From a virus (lineage: Duplodnaviria > Caudoviricetes), in IMG/VR virus record IMGVR_UViG_3300012663_000802, positions 1-63,942 of that record: a DNA stretch of 63,942 nt; one strand, written 5' to 3'. Every line of letters starts with the position of its first letter. Position 1 is the stretch's first letter. Both the position numbers and the translations under genes were made by a program. Of the stretch, positions 29,845 to 40,246 are shown piece after piece. Under the pieces are notes generated by a model. It was given only the letters and a program-made list of their open reading frames with translations, ran no database searches and was not told where the DNA came from.

Positions 29845-30266
29845 GCGACTCTCCTAAACACCTGATAGAAGTACTGCTCGTCAATATAAGAGGCGTCTCC
29901 TGTCCAACCAGATGCTCTCCATGTCCCTGGGATAGCATAGTAGTTGGTATTAGTTTGCGGAAAATTAACAACGCTAGATACAGAGGTAATAAACCCAGTA
30001 ACTCCATAATTATTAAAAGGACCACCGCCTTGAGCGTAAGGCCAGTAACAAGTAGGCCAGGGCACTAAATAACCCGCTGTACCGTTTACAGCTACTATAT
30101 CGTTGATGTATGACTGCGGGGTTTTAGGGTTTACTTGAATAGACATAACATACGCGCCTAAAGCATACCCAATAGAGTAGTTACCACCAATAGCTGCGTA
30201 GTAAGGGCGAGATGTCCAACTACCAGAAGGAGCTGTAAGAGTTGTTCCAGTAAGCGTTATAGGCAT
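29841..30266 (-). CDS. stand-alone fibre-tip protein, paralog 2
   Basis: N-terminal TLTGTTLTAPSGSW, C-terminal GTWRASG...RRVA. Confidence 0.7.
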   Translation of the reverse strand: MPITLTGTTLTAPSGSWTSRPYYAAIGGNYSIGYALGAYVMSIQVNPKTPQSYINDIVAVNGTAGYLVPWPTCYWPYAQGGGPFNNYGVTGFITSVSSVVNFPQTNTNYYAIPGTWRASGWTGDASYIDEQYFYQVFRRVA

Positions 30267-30718
30267 TATGCAACCCTCTCAGCTAAAGCAAAATTTCCTT
30301 TATCTTGATTTATACCTTTAGCCACAGCTTGTCCTCTAAATTTCCATGTTCCAGCGGTTGCGTATGTTGCATCAACATTACCTGCCATGTAAAAGCACTG
30401 AGAGCCGTAATCTTGAGTGTTTGCTCCGTACACGTAATTTACACCTATGCCGTTATTACCAGTTGAAGTTACAACCCCAGTATTACTTTTCCAAAAACTT
30501 GAGGTATTTAATCCAAAGTAAATATTTCCAGGAACATAATAAGTGCCGTAATTTCCTTGGTTTGCTAAAAATACTGTGTTACCAAATGCTAAATAGCCTA
30601 CTTGATAGGAGACAGCTTGCCTAGAACTATTGTTGTCTACAGGGACTGAGGGCGTAGCCCCACCCCAAGTAGAACCATCAGTAAAGGTAACAGTTGTGCC
30701 CGAAATAGTAGTCGCCAT
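30266..30718 (-). CDS. stand-alone fibre-tip protein, paralog 1
   Basis: N-terminal TISGTTVTFTDGSTW, C-terminal GTWKFRG...ERVA. Confidence 0.7.
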   Translation of the reverse strand: MATTISGTTVTFTDGSTWGGATPSVPVDNNSSRQAVSYQVGYLAFGNTVFLANQGNYGTYYVPGNIYFGLNTSSFWKSNTGVVTSTGNNGIGVNYVYGANTQDYGSQCFYMAGNVDATYATAGTWKFRGQAVAKGINQDKGNFALAERVA

Positions 30719-30720
30719 TA

Positions 30721-32535
30721 TTAGCCCCTAAGTTCTTTTACTTGCTCCTCAAGAGAAGCGATCTTAATAGATTGTTCTTTAATTGCCTCAATGAGCAATG
30801 CTACCATATTTTGGTATGACACAGACAGGGTTCCTTCTGAATCTTCTAGTACTAGCTCAGGTGCAACCTTCTGTACCTCTTGAGCAACAACACCCATCTC
30901 AAGTGTCTCAGAACCAATACGGTTGTAGTTATAACCTGTAAGTGCTTTGACCTTATCAAGGGCGCCTGTAAGAGGAGTTAGGTTCTCCTTAAGACGAGCA
31001 TCAGAGTTGATAGTGAGCGTTCCACCAAGGGTTAAGTTACCGCTAATGGTCTGCCCACCAATGCTTGTAATCAAAGATAGCCAAGCGGTTGTGCCAGAGT
31101 TGTTTGTAGAGCGGATGTAGAAGTTGCTGTTATCAAAGAATGAACCAGCAATCTGCATAGAATAATAGTTAGCAGCGTTAGAGTGTGTAGACGCAATCAA
31201 GTGATACCAAGAAGAAGACACAGGCCAACCATTTGCGGTAGTCGTAGCGCTCTGCTCATAAAATCCAGAGTTAACACGAGTATTAAGGTTTGCGGTTGTA
31301 GAGCTTGCTGCGCTGTTTAAGTATGTAGCGGTAGTAGCAGAGGTAGCAGTAGCGGCGTTACCTGAAGTTGTAGTCGCTGTAGTGGCGGTAGCTGCGTTAC
31401 CGTCAATGTTTACGCCAGTAAGAGTCTGAGAGGCAGATGCACGGTTGTTTGCAATGGATGTTGTTCCAACAAAGAAGGTATTTCCATTTAGAGTAACTGT
31501 GCCTGTTGCTGCTGGAAGAGTGATGGTGTTAGTGCCAGCAGCTGCCGCAGGTTGTAAGGTAAGCGTTCCTGATGTAGAGCCAGGCATTGCAACGCTTGAG
31601 ATACCTGTTAGCGCTTGGTTAGCAGAGGTTCGGTTAAGAGTTACTGCTGTAGTTCCTACGTAGGTAGTGTCTCCTTGGAGAGCTGCAGTACCTGTAGTTG
31701 CTGGAAGAGTAAAGGTAGTTGTACCTGCTGCTGCAGATGCTTGAACAGTTGTAGTACCAGAGGTTGATCCTGGGAACGCTACGCTTGAGATTCCGGTAAG
31801 GGCAAGGTTTGCTGTTGTTCGGTTTAACGCTACAGAGGTGGTACCAATAAACAAAGCGGAGTTGCCTAAAATGGCAGAGGAAAGAGTTCCACCAGTTAAG
31901 TTAGAAGCGGTAAGTGTTCCCCAAGATGCTGTTGTTCCATCAGTAGTCAGATACTTACCGCTGTTACCTGTTTGAGTTGGAAGAGCGTTTAGAGTTGTCC
32001 AAGAAGCACTAGTTCCATCAGTAGTTAAGAACTTACCTGAGTTAGATGTTTGACTTGGAAGGCTTACAGGAGCTGCTGCCCACTTAAGGCCTGTTGCTTG
32101 AGCGCTGTCTGCGGTAAGCAAGTAGCCGTCAGTCCCAACAGTAACGTTAGTAAAGGAGGTTGTAGAGTTACCTACAAAGATCCCTCCCTTGGTAGTAGCG
32201 CTAAGTCCTGTTCCACCATTGGCAATAGTTAAGTCATTGGTAAGAGTTAAATCAGTAGCAGAGATTGCACCGGTAAAGGTAGCACCCGCTAGAGGGGCGT
32301 AGACCGCTGCAACTTGAGCGGCTGTAACTTTCCCATTAAGTTGGGTCTGAACGTCGCTTGTAAGGCCTGCTAGGTACTGTATTTGGGCATTTGTGACTGC
32401 GCCAATAGATGCAGAGGCAAGAGTAGTGGATCCTAGGACTCGTAAAGAGCCGGATACTACGGTGTCACCCGTGGTGTTTAGCGAGCTAACAACAAGAGGT
32501 TCTCCGTAGATATGGTTAAGCTTATTTAAAGCCAC
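30721..32535 (-). CDS. tail fibre with C-terminal Peptidase S74 intramolecular chaperone
   Basis: SDARLKEN...GVVAQEV...SVSYQNMVALLIEAIKE; LPxQT..SGK.LTTDGT repeats. Confidence 0.9.
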   Translation of the reverse strand: MALNKLNHIYGEPLVVSSLNTTGDTVVSGSLRVLGSTTLASASIGAVTNAQIQYLAGLTSDVQTQLNGKVTAAQVAAVYAPLAGATFTGAISATDLTLTNDLTIANGGTGLSATTKGGIFVGNSTTSFTNVTVGTDGYLLTADSAQATGLKWAAAPVSLPSQTSNSGKFLTTDGTSASWTTLNALPTQTGNSGKYLTTDGTTASWGTLTASNLTGGTLSSAILGNSALFIGTTSVALNRTTANLALTGISSVAFPGSTSGTTTVQASAAAGTTTFTLPATTGTAALQGDTTYVGTTAVTLNRTSANQALTGISSVAMPGSTSGTLTLQPAAAAGTNTITLPAATGTVTLNGNTFFVGTTSIANNRASASQTLTGVNIDGNAATATTATTTSGNAATATSATTATYLNSAASSTTANLNTRVNSGFYEQSATTTANGWPVSSSWYHLIASTHSNAANYYSMQIAGSFFDNSNFYIRSTNNSGTTAWLSLITSIGGQTISGNLTLGGTLTINSDARLKENLTPLTGALDKVKALTGYNYNRIGSETLEMGVVAQEVQKVAPELVLEDSEGTLSVSYQNMVALLIEAIKEQSIKIASLEEQVKELRG

Positions 32536-32547
32536 CTTGAAGCCTCC

Positions 32548-35487
32548 TTATGCTTGTGCTTCAGTCCAGGATAGACGTCCGTTAACAGTTGATGTAGTTA
32601 CGTTTGCTGCGCTGAGGTTACGTACAGTGATAGTTACAATATCTGGACCATCAGGGAAGACGTTAGAGCCATCTGTAGAGCCAGTAGTTGTAGTACCTCC
32701 AGCAAGAACAGAGTTACCAAGTTCACGGACAGTTGACAGGTCTTGAGCAACCACAGAAGCTTCGTTAGTGACTGTGCTTACGAAGTAGGAAAGGATTGGC
32801 TCTCCACCTGTAATAACTGTGTTAGCTGCGTGGTATTGAACCTGTGCAAGGCTTGAACCGCCAACGTTTTGCCAGTTATTTCCTGTAGCGGTGTTTACTC
32901 TACCGTTCAAGATAACTTCAATAAGATAGATACCTGGAGCAGCTGCACCAGAAGCTACGGACTGTGCAAGCACGTCCATCTGCTTAAGAGTCAATTGCAT
33001 ACGGTTAACCAGTTCACGCTGACCAAATGTACCGACCATTCCGTTATCTACAGATGGTGCTACACGAAGGCTTAGAAGACCGTAACGGGTAGTTGTGCTA
33101 CCGCGAGGGACTGTAAGTGCTGTAGCCATACCTGTCTGGAAAATGTAGGCCTTATCTTCATCAAAGCGACCATCCATAATTACTGAAGAACCCCAGTGGC
33201 TAGTTCCTGTTGCTACATGGCGTGAGTAAAGACGTACTGGGATAGGCGCAGTTGCAGAGTATGTAAATGTTGTTGCTGCAGAAGCTCCACCTGTTGCACC
33301 TGTAGTTGGGTTAATAACTACGTTAGTAAGTCCACGAGTTAAACCTGTAAAGGTTGTTGCAGTCTTACCTGTGTAAGATACGTATTCAACTGCGCCCGAT
33401 GCACCTGCGGCTGCTAGGAATAGTGTTCCAGCTGATGGAAAGTCAGCGGTACTTGCAACTGAGATAGATGATGCAGAGCTAGCGGCAGTTGCAGATAGAA
33501 CTGTGCGTGGTGTGTCGTTAGAGGCCTCGTAACGTGCAGGCAAGTTACCTGAGCGCATGTATGCAGATGTCTTAACGTTAGCGTGTGTCATACGGTGTAC
33601 GTAAATGACTTCACCATACTCGTCCTTAACACCAAAGCGAATTGCTCCAGCTCCGTACCAAGCGTAGTCAATGTAGAACATCTGCATCTTGGAAAGGTTA
33701 AGGACCATACCTGATGGGCCAGTACCGTCAAGACGGTCAATGTTGAACTGGCTCTGAGGTACTTTGAAATCAACTACCTTGCTTACAACTCCTCCACCAA
33801 CAATAGATGGACCACGGTACTCAGGGAAGATAAACATAGATGTGTTGCTAGCAATAGATTCAACTGAATAAGTTGTCCCACGAATAACAATCTTATCTCC
33901 AGGAGTTAGCTGAGTAGAGAAAGAGGTATTTGTTCCTGTAACAGACTGTGAGCCTTGAGTAGTTGCTACCTCTCCAGAGAGTTGCTCTGTAGCATCACGA
34001 CGTACAACGTTAAAGTTTTGACCGTCGTACTCAAAGAACATACCGTTCTGGTCATCAAACATTCCAAGACGTACTTGAGCACCGTACCAGTTAGTTGGGG
34101 CGATGTTGATAGGCCATCCTGGAGCAGGTGTTGCTGCAGGTACAGAAGAGGCTACATAAGTAAAGGACAAAGGAGTTGGAACAGATGCGACTGTCCAAGT
34201 ACCGTTGTAAGCAGTATCTGTTGAGCCTGTAACTTCAATCGTTGCGCCTACGCCAAGGAAGTGCTCGTAGTGTGTATTAACGGTTACTACGTTAGAAGAT
34301 GAGGTTACGTTGTCAACAGCAAACACTGGCTTCAGCATAGAACCAGTAGAGAACTGAATACCCTTACCTGACTGGTAACGGAAGTACTTACGTGTTTGAC
34401 GAACAACGCGAGAACCAGGTGCGGAAGTACCTGTTGTAAACTTTACACCACCATCAAAAGGACGGTGAATAGATTGAGAACCTGTACGTGGGGTAAGAGA
34501 AGTTGCTAACGCTGTGATTGCCCCTGACGGTGCGTCCACTACCTCAAAAGTAAAGGTGTTAGCAGTAGGTGTTGTTTTAACTTCCCAAGCACCGTTAGGT
34601 GGGTTAGATGTGGCTGCTGTAGTCCCCTTGATAAATACTAGACATCCAGGAACAAGACCGTGAGCGTTAGTTGTTGTTGCAGTTACTGTTGTTCCAGAGG
34701 CTGTAAATGCAGCACCTGCTGTAGCAGAAACTGGGATTGTTGAAGATGAGTAATCCAAAGCCTTGTAGATAAAGGTCTTAGTAGCATCTAGGATAGAGCC
34801 GTTTGTAAGGATGTTAGCTCGAGAATAGTATGTAAATGTGTCGTTAGAAACTGTGGTTGTCGCTACAGAGCGAACCATAAACCAACCGTTTGCGTATGGG
34901 TCATTTGTATCTTGGATAAAGAACTTATCGCCCACTACAAGCCCGTGAGCTGAGGATGTAACAACAGTTACAAGGCGAGAAGAGCCTGTTCCTGTGAGCG
35001 CTGTAATTGTGCGAGCACCGCCTGAAGGCTGAGCAACAGGGTCCTGAATATCGTAGTACTGGCAAGGCTTGTTGTTTACAAGAGAAAGTACTTCCCACTT
35101 AGTAGGCTGTGTACCGTACTCAAAGTCAGTATCAATAAGTGACTGAGGTTCTGAAACACGCATCTTCTGTACAGGGTCCATTAAGGCCTCTGCTGGAAGA
35201 ATACGTTCTGCAAACTCATCAACTGTGAATTGAAGCTTGTCAGAAAGCGTCATTGCTGTTGTGTTGTAATTCAATACAAGAGTAGTTGTTCCGTTGTTGC
35301 TTGCGTCAATAACGGCTGTGTAGCTGGTTGCCTTAAGGCTAGGGTCTGAAAAGTTATAGATGACCTGGTTAGTGGTCACGTTGGTAATAAGCAGCAGACG
35401 CTCTCTAGGGATGTAGCGCGGAATTACAACTGTCTTTGTGGATGGCGTAAAAGTATAGTGCGTTTCCAACAAGATTTTTCTAGCCAT
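32548..35487 (-). CDS. large virion structural / receptor-binding protein
   Basis: 979 aa, beta-rich, three small FCCH-like inserts, lectin-like core; fibre locus. Confidence 0.75.
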   Translation of the reverse strand: MARKILLETHYTFTPSTKTVVIPRYIPRERLLLITNVTTNQVIYNFSDPSLKATSYTAVIDASNNGTTTLVLNYNTTAMTLSDKLQFTVDEFAERILPAEALMDPVQKMRVSEPQSLIDTDFEYGTQPTKWEVLSLVNNKPCQYYDIQDPVAQPSGGARTITALTGTGSSRLVTVVTSSAHGLVVGDKFFIQDTNDPYANGWFMVRSVATTTVSNDTFTYYSRANILTNGSILDATKTFIYKALDYSSSTIPVSATAGAAFTASGTTVTATTTNAHGLVPGCLVFIKGTTAATSNPPNGAWEVKTTPTANTFTFEVVDAPSGAITALATSLTPRTGSQSIHRPFDGGVKFTTGTSAPGSRVVRQTRKYFRYQSGKGIQFSTGSMLKPVFAVDNVTSSSNVVTVNTHYEHFLGVGATIEVTGSTDTAYNGTWTVASVPTPLSFTYVASSVPAATPAPGWPINIAPTNWYGAQVRLGMFDDQNGMFFEYDGQNFNVVRRDATEQLSGEVATTQGSQSVTGTNTSFSTQLTPGDKIVIRGTTYSVESIASNTSMFIFPEYRGPSIVGGGVVSKVVDFKVPQSQFNIDRLDGTGPSGMVLNLSKMQMFYIDYAWYGAGAIRFGVKDEYGEVIYVHRMTHANVKTSAYMRSGNLPARYEASNDTPRTVLSATAASSASSISVASTADFPSAGTLFLAAAGASGAVEYVSYTGKTATTFTGLTRGLTNVVINPTTGATGGASAATTFTYSATAPIPVRLYSRHVATGTSHWGSSVIMDGRFDEDKAYIFQTGMATALTVPRGSTTTRYGLLSLRVAPSVDNGMVGTFGQRELVNRMQLTLKQMDVLAQSVASGAAAPGIYLIEVILNGRVNTATGNNWQNVGGSSLAQVQYHAANTVITGGEPILSYFVSTVTNEASVVAQDLSTVRELGNSVLAGGTTTTGSTDGSNVFPDGPDIVTITVRNLSAANVTTSTVNGRLSWTEAQA

Positions 35488-35513
35488 TAATTAGCCTCTT
35501 CCATTATCATTAC

Positions 35514-38417
35514 TTAGCTTCCTAATAAGATATCCATTGCACGGAATGGATACGCCTTTCCAACAGTATTTACGTTAGGTCCTAGCATAACTCTACCATC
35601 AAAAGTAGATCCTGCTGGAGGAACCTCGTTAAAGGCAATCCAACCATCACTATCCAACATAAATCCGTCTAATGGTAGCATAGATTGCCAAACATAGTCG
35701 GGATAACTTGGGGTCTGCATTACTCCGTTTAGGGTAATCATTAAACGTAATGGGTTGTAAAGAGGAACTTTGGTGCCCTGGAACCTAGGCTCAAACCTGC
35801 TTGTAACCCCATCAAAGGTATACCGTAGGTCGTCCAAGGGAGTAATGTCAGGTAGGTAAGGAAGGCTGGCAAAAATAAGATCGTCAACGTATTTCTTGCT
35901 AGTAGCATCTGCGTTGTCCACAGGAGTTAGTGGGACGTGTACGTGCCCCGTGAATGTAGGGCTTTCTGTACGAGCAACAGCTGTAGAGATATATGGCTCA
36001 CCTATCGGGGTAGCTGCCCAAGTACCGATAGTTACGTATCCAAGAGTTGCAATATTTAAAGGGACACCTGAGTACTGAGCTAGGTTGACTACGTCTGTTC
36101 CAACTTTAATAGCGCCGCTAGTTACGCTAGAAGTACCAGAGTTAGAGATAATCCAAGAAGAGTTAGCAAGATAGGTACCAGAGGTAACAAATATATAGTT
36201 ACCTGGCTTAATGGTTCCAGCTAGAAGGTTGCCGTTAAAGTCAGTGGCACGGGTAAGAATCCACTTTGTAACCGCGTCACCTGGGTTGGTAGTGACATAG
36301 ATACCGTTTTGCTTGGCATCAGTCTGGTCTTTTACAAGAACTCGCTGGTTAATAGTAACGCCTACCCCATCAAGGATAAGAGCTCCGTTTACCGCAGCTG
36401 TGAGAGTTGCCCCTACGCCAAGACCGCCAGTAGAGTCAGAGGTTCCGTTTACATATACTGAAGATAGATTGGCGCTGGTTGTGTAAATAACCTGGTTCTT
36501 AATAGTAAGTCCAGAAGCAATATTGTCTACGTACTCTTTGTTAGCAGCCTGACCACCAGCTGTTGGGTAGGGCACAAGGGTAGTTGTACTAAAGGTTGTA
36601 GGTAGGTTTACGCTAAGAGAGCCTGTGGCCCCACTTGTAGATGAGCCAATATTTACGTTAGTAATTGAACCAAATGCCCCACCAGTTCCAAGATTTATTG
36701 TCTTGGTTATACCACTTGTAGTTTGGTTAGCGGAGTAGTTGTGAGTTACGGCCCCGGTAGGTGTTCCACCAATGTTTAATGATGTAGCAGCTCCAGCAAA
36801 ACTTACTGTTGTAGCACCTGTGTTATATAGGTCTACGTAGGTTAGGTTGCCTTTAACTGTAGGGGCATTAAGAGTTGTAATAGCGGTTGAATCGTTAGAT
36901 CCAATACCTAAAGTCGTAGCTGCTCCAGCAAAGTTAACCGTAGTTGCTACCGCATTAATTAAGTTAAATGAGGTTGTTCCAGAGACAATAGATGTGTTAA
37001 GTGTTGGAGATGTGGCTGCTGCGTAGGAGTTTGTATCAATTGCGTAGGTATTTGTACCTGTGCGCTTTACAAAACCTACGCCTGTTAAACCAGCAAGTGC
37101 TGTAAGTTCATTGCTTGCTGCTTGATATGCGTGTGAGTGACCTGTATCGGCTTTTCCACCAAGCTGTGTTTGAATAGAGGATGTGACGCCTGTTACGTAA
37201 TTTAACTGAGTAGTGGTTACTGTTGCACCAGCAAGCTTATTTAACTCTGCAGTTGTAGCGGTTAACCCTGTTAGCTTATTAATTTCTGTAGATGTAGCTG
37301 TAACAACTACAGTATCGTTAATATAAGGGTTAGTTAATGTCTTATTAGTAAGTGTTTGAGTACCTGTAAGTGTGGCCACTGCTGAGCCAATAGCAAGTGT
37401 GTAGGTTCCTGCAGAATCATTGTATGTTCCAGTAAGACCAGTGCTAGCAACAATTGTGTTGTTGATCTCATCTTGGACACGCTCTTGTGTGTAATATAGG
37501 TTTGTACCCTCAGGAACTGCTGAGCTAGTAAGGGCTGTAAATTTACCATCTGTATATGTGTTGGCACTAGAAAGGGTAGTAGAGTCCCCAGTAATTCTAA
37601 GAGATGCTTCAGCAGCGATAGCAGTATTTCTATTAGTTACTTCAGTAGCAATAGCGTTTGTAATTGCTGTACCGCGATTTGAAGTTTCAGTAGCAATAGC
37701 TGCGTTTCTATCTGTAACCTCTGTTGCAATCTTAGTGTCTGTGTAAGCCTGGTCAGTAACAGAGGCTGCGGATATAGCAGAGTTGCGATTAGTTACCTCA
37801 GTACCAATAGCTGTGGTAATAGCTGCGTCACGAGCAGTAATCTCTGTGTTAATGGCGTTTGTAATTGCTGTACCACGGGCGGTAGTTTCAACGCCAATGG
37901 CTGTATTACGAGCAGCAATCTCAGCAGTTTCTCTTGCATCTGTGTAAGTCTGCGAAATACCAACAGCTTCATTCTTAGCATTAGCGATGTTGACGTTACG
38001 GTCAAGTACTTCTTGAGCAATTGCAGTAGCAACTTTTGTATCTGTATATGCTTGAGCAACGCCAATACCGTAACCCACACCACCGTTAATAGAATCATAT
38101 ATGTCTTGTGGAAGAAGCCCTGCTTTTATCCAAGCAGTTCCGTTGTCAAGGTATAAAAACCCTACGTTACCATTAAGACTGTAAGTATCTGTTGCCACAT
38201 ATACACGACCCGCACTACCAGCAGTTGGGCGAGCTGCAAAAGTTCCGTATAAAACTGTAGTGCTAGATCCTCCAGCAGCAACCCAGCCAGAACCCGAATA
38301 GCTATATAGGGTGTTGTCAGTAGTATTAAAGTAAACATCACCAGCAACAAGGGTCGGGATTGTTGGTACTGTTGCTGAGGCTAGTACGTTTAACGGAACA
38401 AGGCTTTTTCTGCTCAT
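35514..38417 (-). CDS. long fibre protein with coiled-coil repeats
   Basis: (A)I.TEVT.RN.AI repeats; RVLVKDQT...NGIYV...TRATDF domain. Confidence 0.8.
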   Translation of the reverse strand: MSRKSLVPLNVLASATVPTIPTLVAGDVYFNTTDNTLYSYSGSGWVAAGGSSTTVLYGTFAARPTAGSAGRVYVATDTYSLNGNVGFLYLDNGTAWIKAGLLPQDIYDSINGGVGYGIGVAQAYTDTKVATAIAQEVLDRNVNIANAKNEAVGISQTYTDARETAEIAARNTAIGVETTARGTAITNAINTEITARDAAITTAIGTEVTNRNSAISAASVTDQAYTDTKIATEVTDRNAAIATETSNRGTAITNAIATEVTNRNTAIAAEASLRITGDSTTLSSANTYTDGKFTALTSSAVPEGTNLYYTQERVQDEINNTIVASTGLTGTYNDSAGTYTLAIGSAVATLTGTQTLTNKTLTNPYINDTVVVTATSTEINKLTGLTATTAELNKLAGATVTTTQLNYVTGVTSSIQTQLGGKADTGHSHAYQAASNELTALAGLTGVGFVKRTGTNTYAIDTNSYAAATSPTLNTSIVSGTTSFNLINAVATTVNFAGAATTLGIGSNDSTAITTLNAPTVKGNLTYVDLYNTGATTVSFAGAATSLNIGGTPTGAVTHNYSANQTTSGITKTINLGTGGAFGSITNVNIGSSTSGATGSLSVNLPTTFSTTTLVPYPTAGGQAANKEYVDNIASGLTIKNQVIYTTSANLSSVYVNGTSDSTGGLGVGATLTAAVNGALILDGVGVTINQRVLVKDQTDAKQNGIYVTTNPGDAVTKWILTRATDFNGNLLAGTIKPGNYIFVTSGTYLANSSWIISNSGTSSVTSGAIKVGTDVVNLAQYSGVPLNIATLGYVTIGTWAATPIGEPYISTAVARTESPTFTGHVHVPLTPVDNADATSKKYVDDLIFASLPYLPDITPLDDLRYTFDGVTSRFEPRFQGTKVPLYNPLRLMITLNGVMQTPSYPDYVWQSMLPLDGFMLDSDGWIAFNEVPPAGSTFDGRVMLGPNVNTVGKAYPFRAMDILLGS

Positions 38418-38420
38418 GTG

Positions 38421-39929
38421 TTATCCGTGGACTACTGCGCGATACTGTCCTGCTGTAGGGGCAACTGAAAACAGAAGAGTAACTGTGTTGACTGTGGCGT
38501 GTTGTACATCACACATTACTTCATCATACGTAGAAGTAGCTGAGTATACTGCAACAGTTACATCACGAGTGTTTAGGTTGTGAGTAACGGTGATTGAAGT
38601 AGCAGATCCATCACCAATAGCTGTTGCATACTTGCGAACAACTACTGCAGTATCAACTGCAACATCATTAGCGTTAGACACAATACCCAAGCCAGCAACA
38701 ACATCAAGTGTGTTACCTGTCTTAGTTAAACCGTTACCTGCTGTAATCTGACCAAGGCCAGTAAACTGTGTGAAAACTAACGCTGTTGTTCCTACTGTTA
38801 CTGTACCGTTGTTTGTAAGAGTCCAACCAGAGTCTGCATTTGCAGTTCCTTCTTCCACAAATACTGCAAAGGAAGATGTAATCTCAGCTGAGGTGTCTGC
38901 GTCAGTTGCTCGTGTAGGTGCTCCTGTTGCGTTTACAACGTAGATGCCGTTTTCTGCGCCATCTGCTTGGTCCTTAACAAGGATACGGTTACCCGTAGCA
39001 AGAGTTACTCCATCAAGAACATCGCCGTTTTCAAAAGCTGTTGCTAAAGTTACAGCAGTTGTAGTAGCTGCACGAACAGAAGCCTTCCAATCAATACCTA
39101 CAACTGCTGCATCAACGTAACCTTTGTTAGCGGCATCTGTTGCCACTGTAGGTGTAGCAAGGTTAGTAATCTTTTGGCTGTTAAGATCTACTGAAGCTGT
39201 GGCCACAGCAAAATCATGAAGTTTATTTTGTACAAGGGCCACGGTACCTGTAGCATCTGGTAAAGATACTGTTCGGTCGGCTGTTGGGTCTACAACAGCA
39301 AAGGTAGTTTCAAACTCGTTTGCTGTTCCGCCTTCAAAAATAATATTGTGTGTATCTGGAAGATAGATACCATGAATTGTTGGTGTCTGCCCAATAGCAG
39401 TAATTGTTGGGCCATTTATTGTTGGTGTTGTAAGAGTTTTGTTACTGAGTGTGTCTGTTGTATCTGTACCAACAAGGGTAGTTGTGGCATTTGGCAAAGA
39501 GATTGTACGGTCTGCAGTTGGGTCAACTACAGTAAGAGTAGTTTCATACGCATCAGCGGTAGCGCCTTCAAAGACGATAGCTACGCCTGTATCAAGAGAT
39601 ACTGTTCCAGTAAAGGTTGGAGAGGCAAGAGGTGCCTTTAGGTTTAACTGACCTTGAATACCGGAGGTAACTCCGTCTACATAGTTAAGTTCTGTGGCGC
39701 TTACAAGGGTTCCAGCAAGGATATTGATTTCAGCCGCGGTAGCAGTAACACCGTTAAGACCAATGGCTTCAAATGCAACACCATTGTAAATGCGCATTTC
39801 ATTGGCCACTGTGTTGTAATAAACTTGACCGGCAACAGGGGTTGATGGATCAGCAGCTAGGTTTTGAATAACCGCATTTTGAAGTTCATTTTTGGTTAAA
39901 TCAATCGGGGTTAAAAATTTACGTGCCAT
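38421..39929 (-). CDS. fibre / decoration protein
   Basis: FEG.TA...ETT..VVDPTADRT.SLP twice; RILVKDQ...NGIYVV...TRATDAD; ITVTHNLNT C-terminal domain. Confidence 0.8.
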   Translation of the reverse strand: MARKFLTPIDLTKNELQNAVIQNLAADPSTPVAGQVYYNTVANEMRIYNGVAFEAIGLNGVTATAAEINILAGTLVSATELNYVDGVTSGIQGQLNLKAPLASPTFTGTVSLDTGVAIVFEGATADAYETTLTVVDPTADRTISLPNATTTLVGTDTTDTLSNKTLTTPTINGPTITAIGQTPTIHGIYLPDTHNIIFEGGTANEFETTFAVVDPTADRTVSLPDATGTVALVQNKLHDFAVATASVDLNSQKITNLATPTVATDAANKGYVDAAVVGIDWKASVRAATTTAVTLATAFENGDVLDGVTLATGNRILVKDQADGAENGIYVVNATGAPTRATDADTSAEITSSFAVFVEEGTANADSGWTLTNNGTVTVGTTALVFTQFTGLGQITAGNGLTKTGNTLDVVAGLGIVSNANDVAVDTAVVVRKYATAIGDGSATSITVTHNLNTRDVTVAVYSATSTYDEVMCDVQHATVNTVTLLFSVAPTAGQYRAVVHG

Positions 39930-39940
39930 TCACTATCTCC

Positions 39941-40246
39941 TTATGATAGGTAAGCTGATCCGCTAAAGGCTGACCTAAACGTTAGCAGTACTGTAGCAGG
40001 GTTCGGGTAAGAAATCTCTCCTTCAACAACACTACCCCCAGAGTCTACTACAGTAACATTAGGGTGAAAGGCCAAATTATGAGAAATGGTCCATGTAGCA
40101 GAAGGTGTGTTCTGAGTATAGACGTACCCCAGCTGTGGAAGCTCTGTACTAGGATCTGAAAGAACAATGTCAGGGGATTCTATTATGGTAGTGATATCGG
40201 GAATCTCTACTCCATAGGCCGGGTTGGGTTGCCAAATCGGGGTCAA
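39941..40246 (-). CDS. small virion protein
   Basis: YTQNTPSATWTISHNL..PNVTVVDS domain related to the C-terminus of the next gene. Confidence 0.7.
   Translation of the reverse strand: MTPIWQPNPAYGVEIPDITTIIESPDIVLSDPSTELPQLGYVYTQNTPSATWTISHNLAFHPNVTVVDSGGSVVEGEISYPNPATVLLTFRSAFSGSAYLS

Noticed and set aside
29482-32535. Diversity-generating retroelement or invertible fibre cassette
   Set aside because: No reverse transcriptase or invertase, no near-identical template/variable repeat pair, all genes co-oriented
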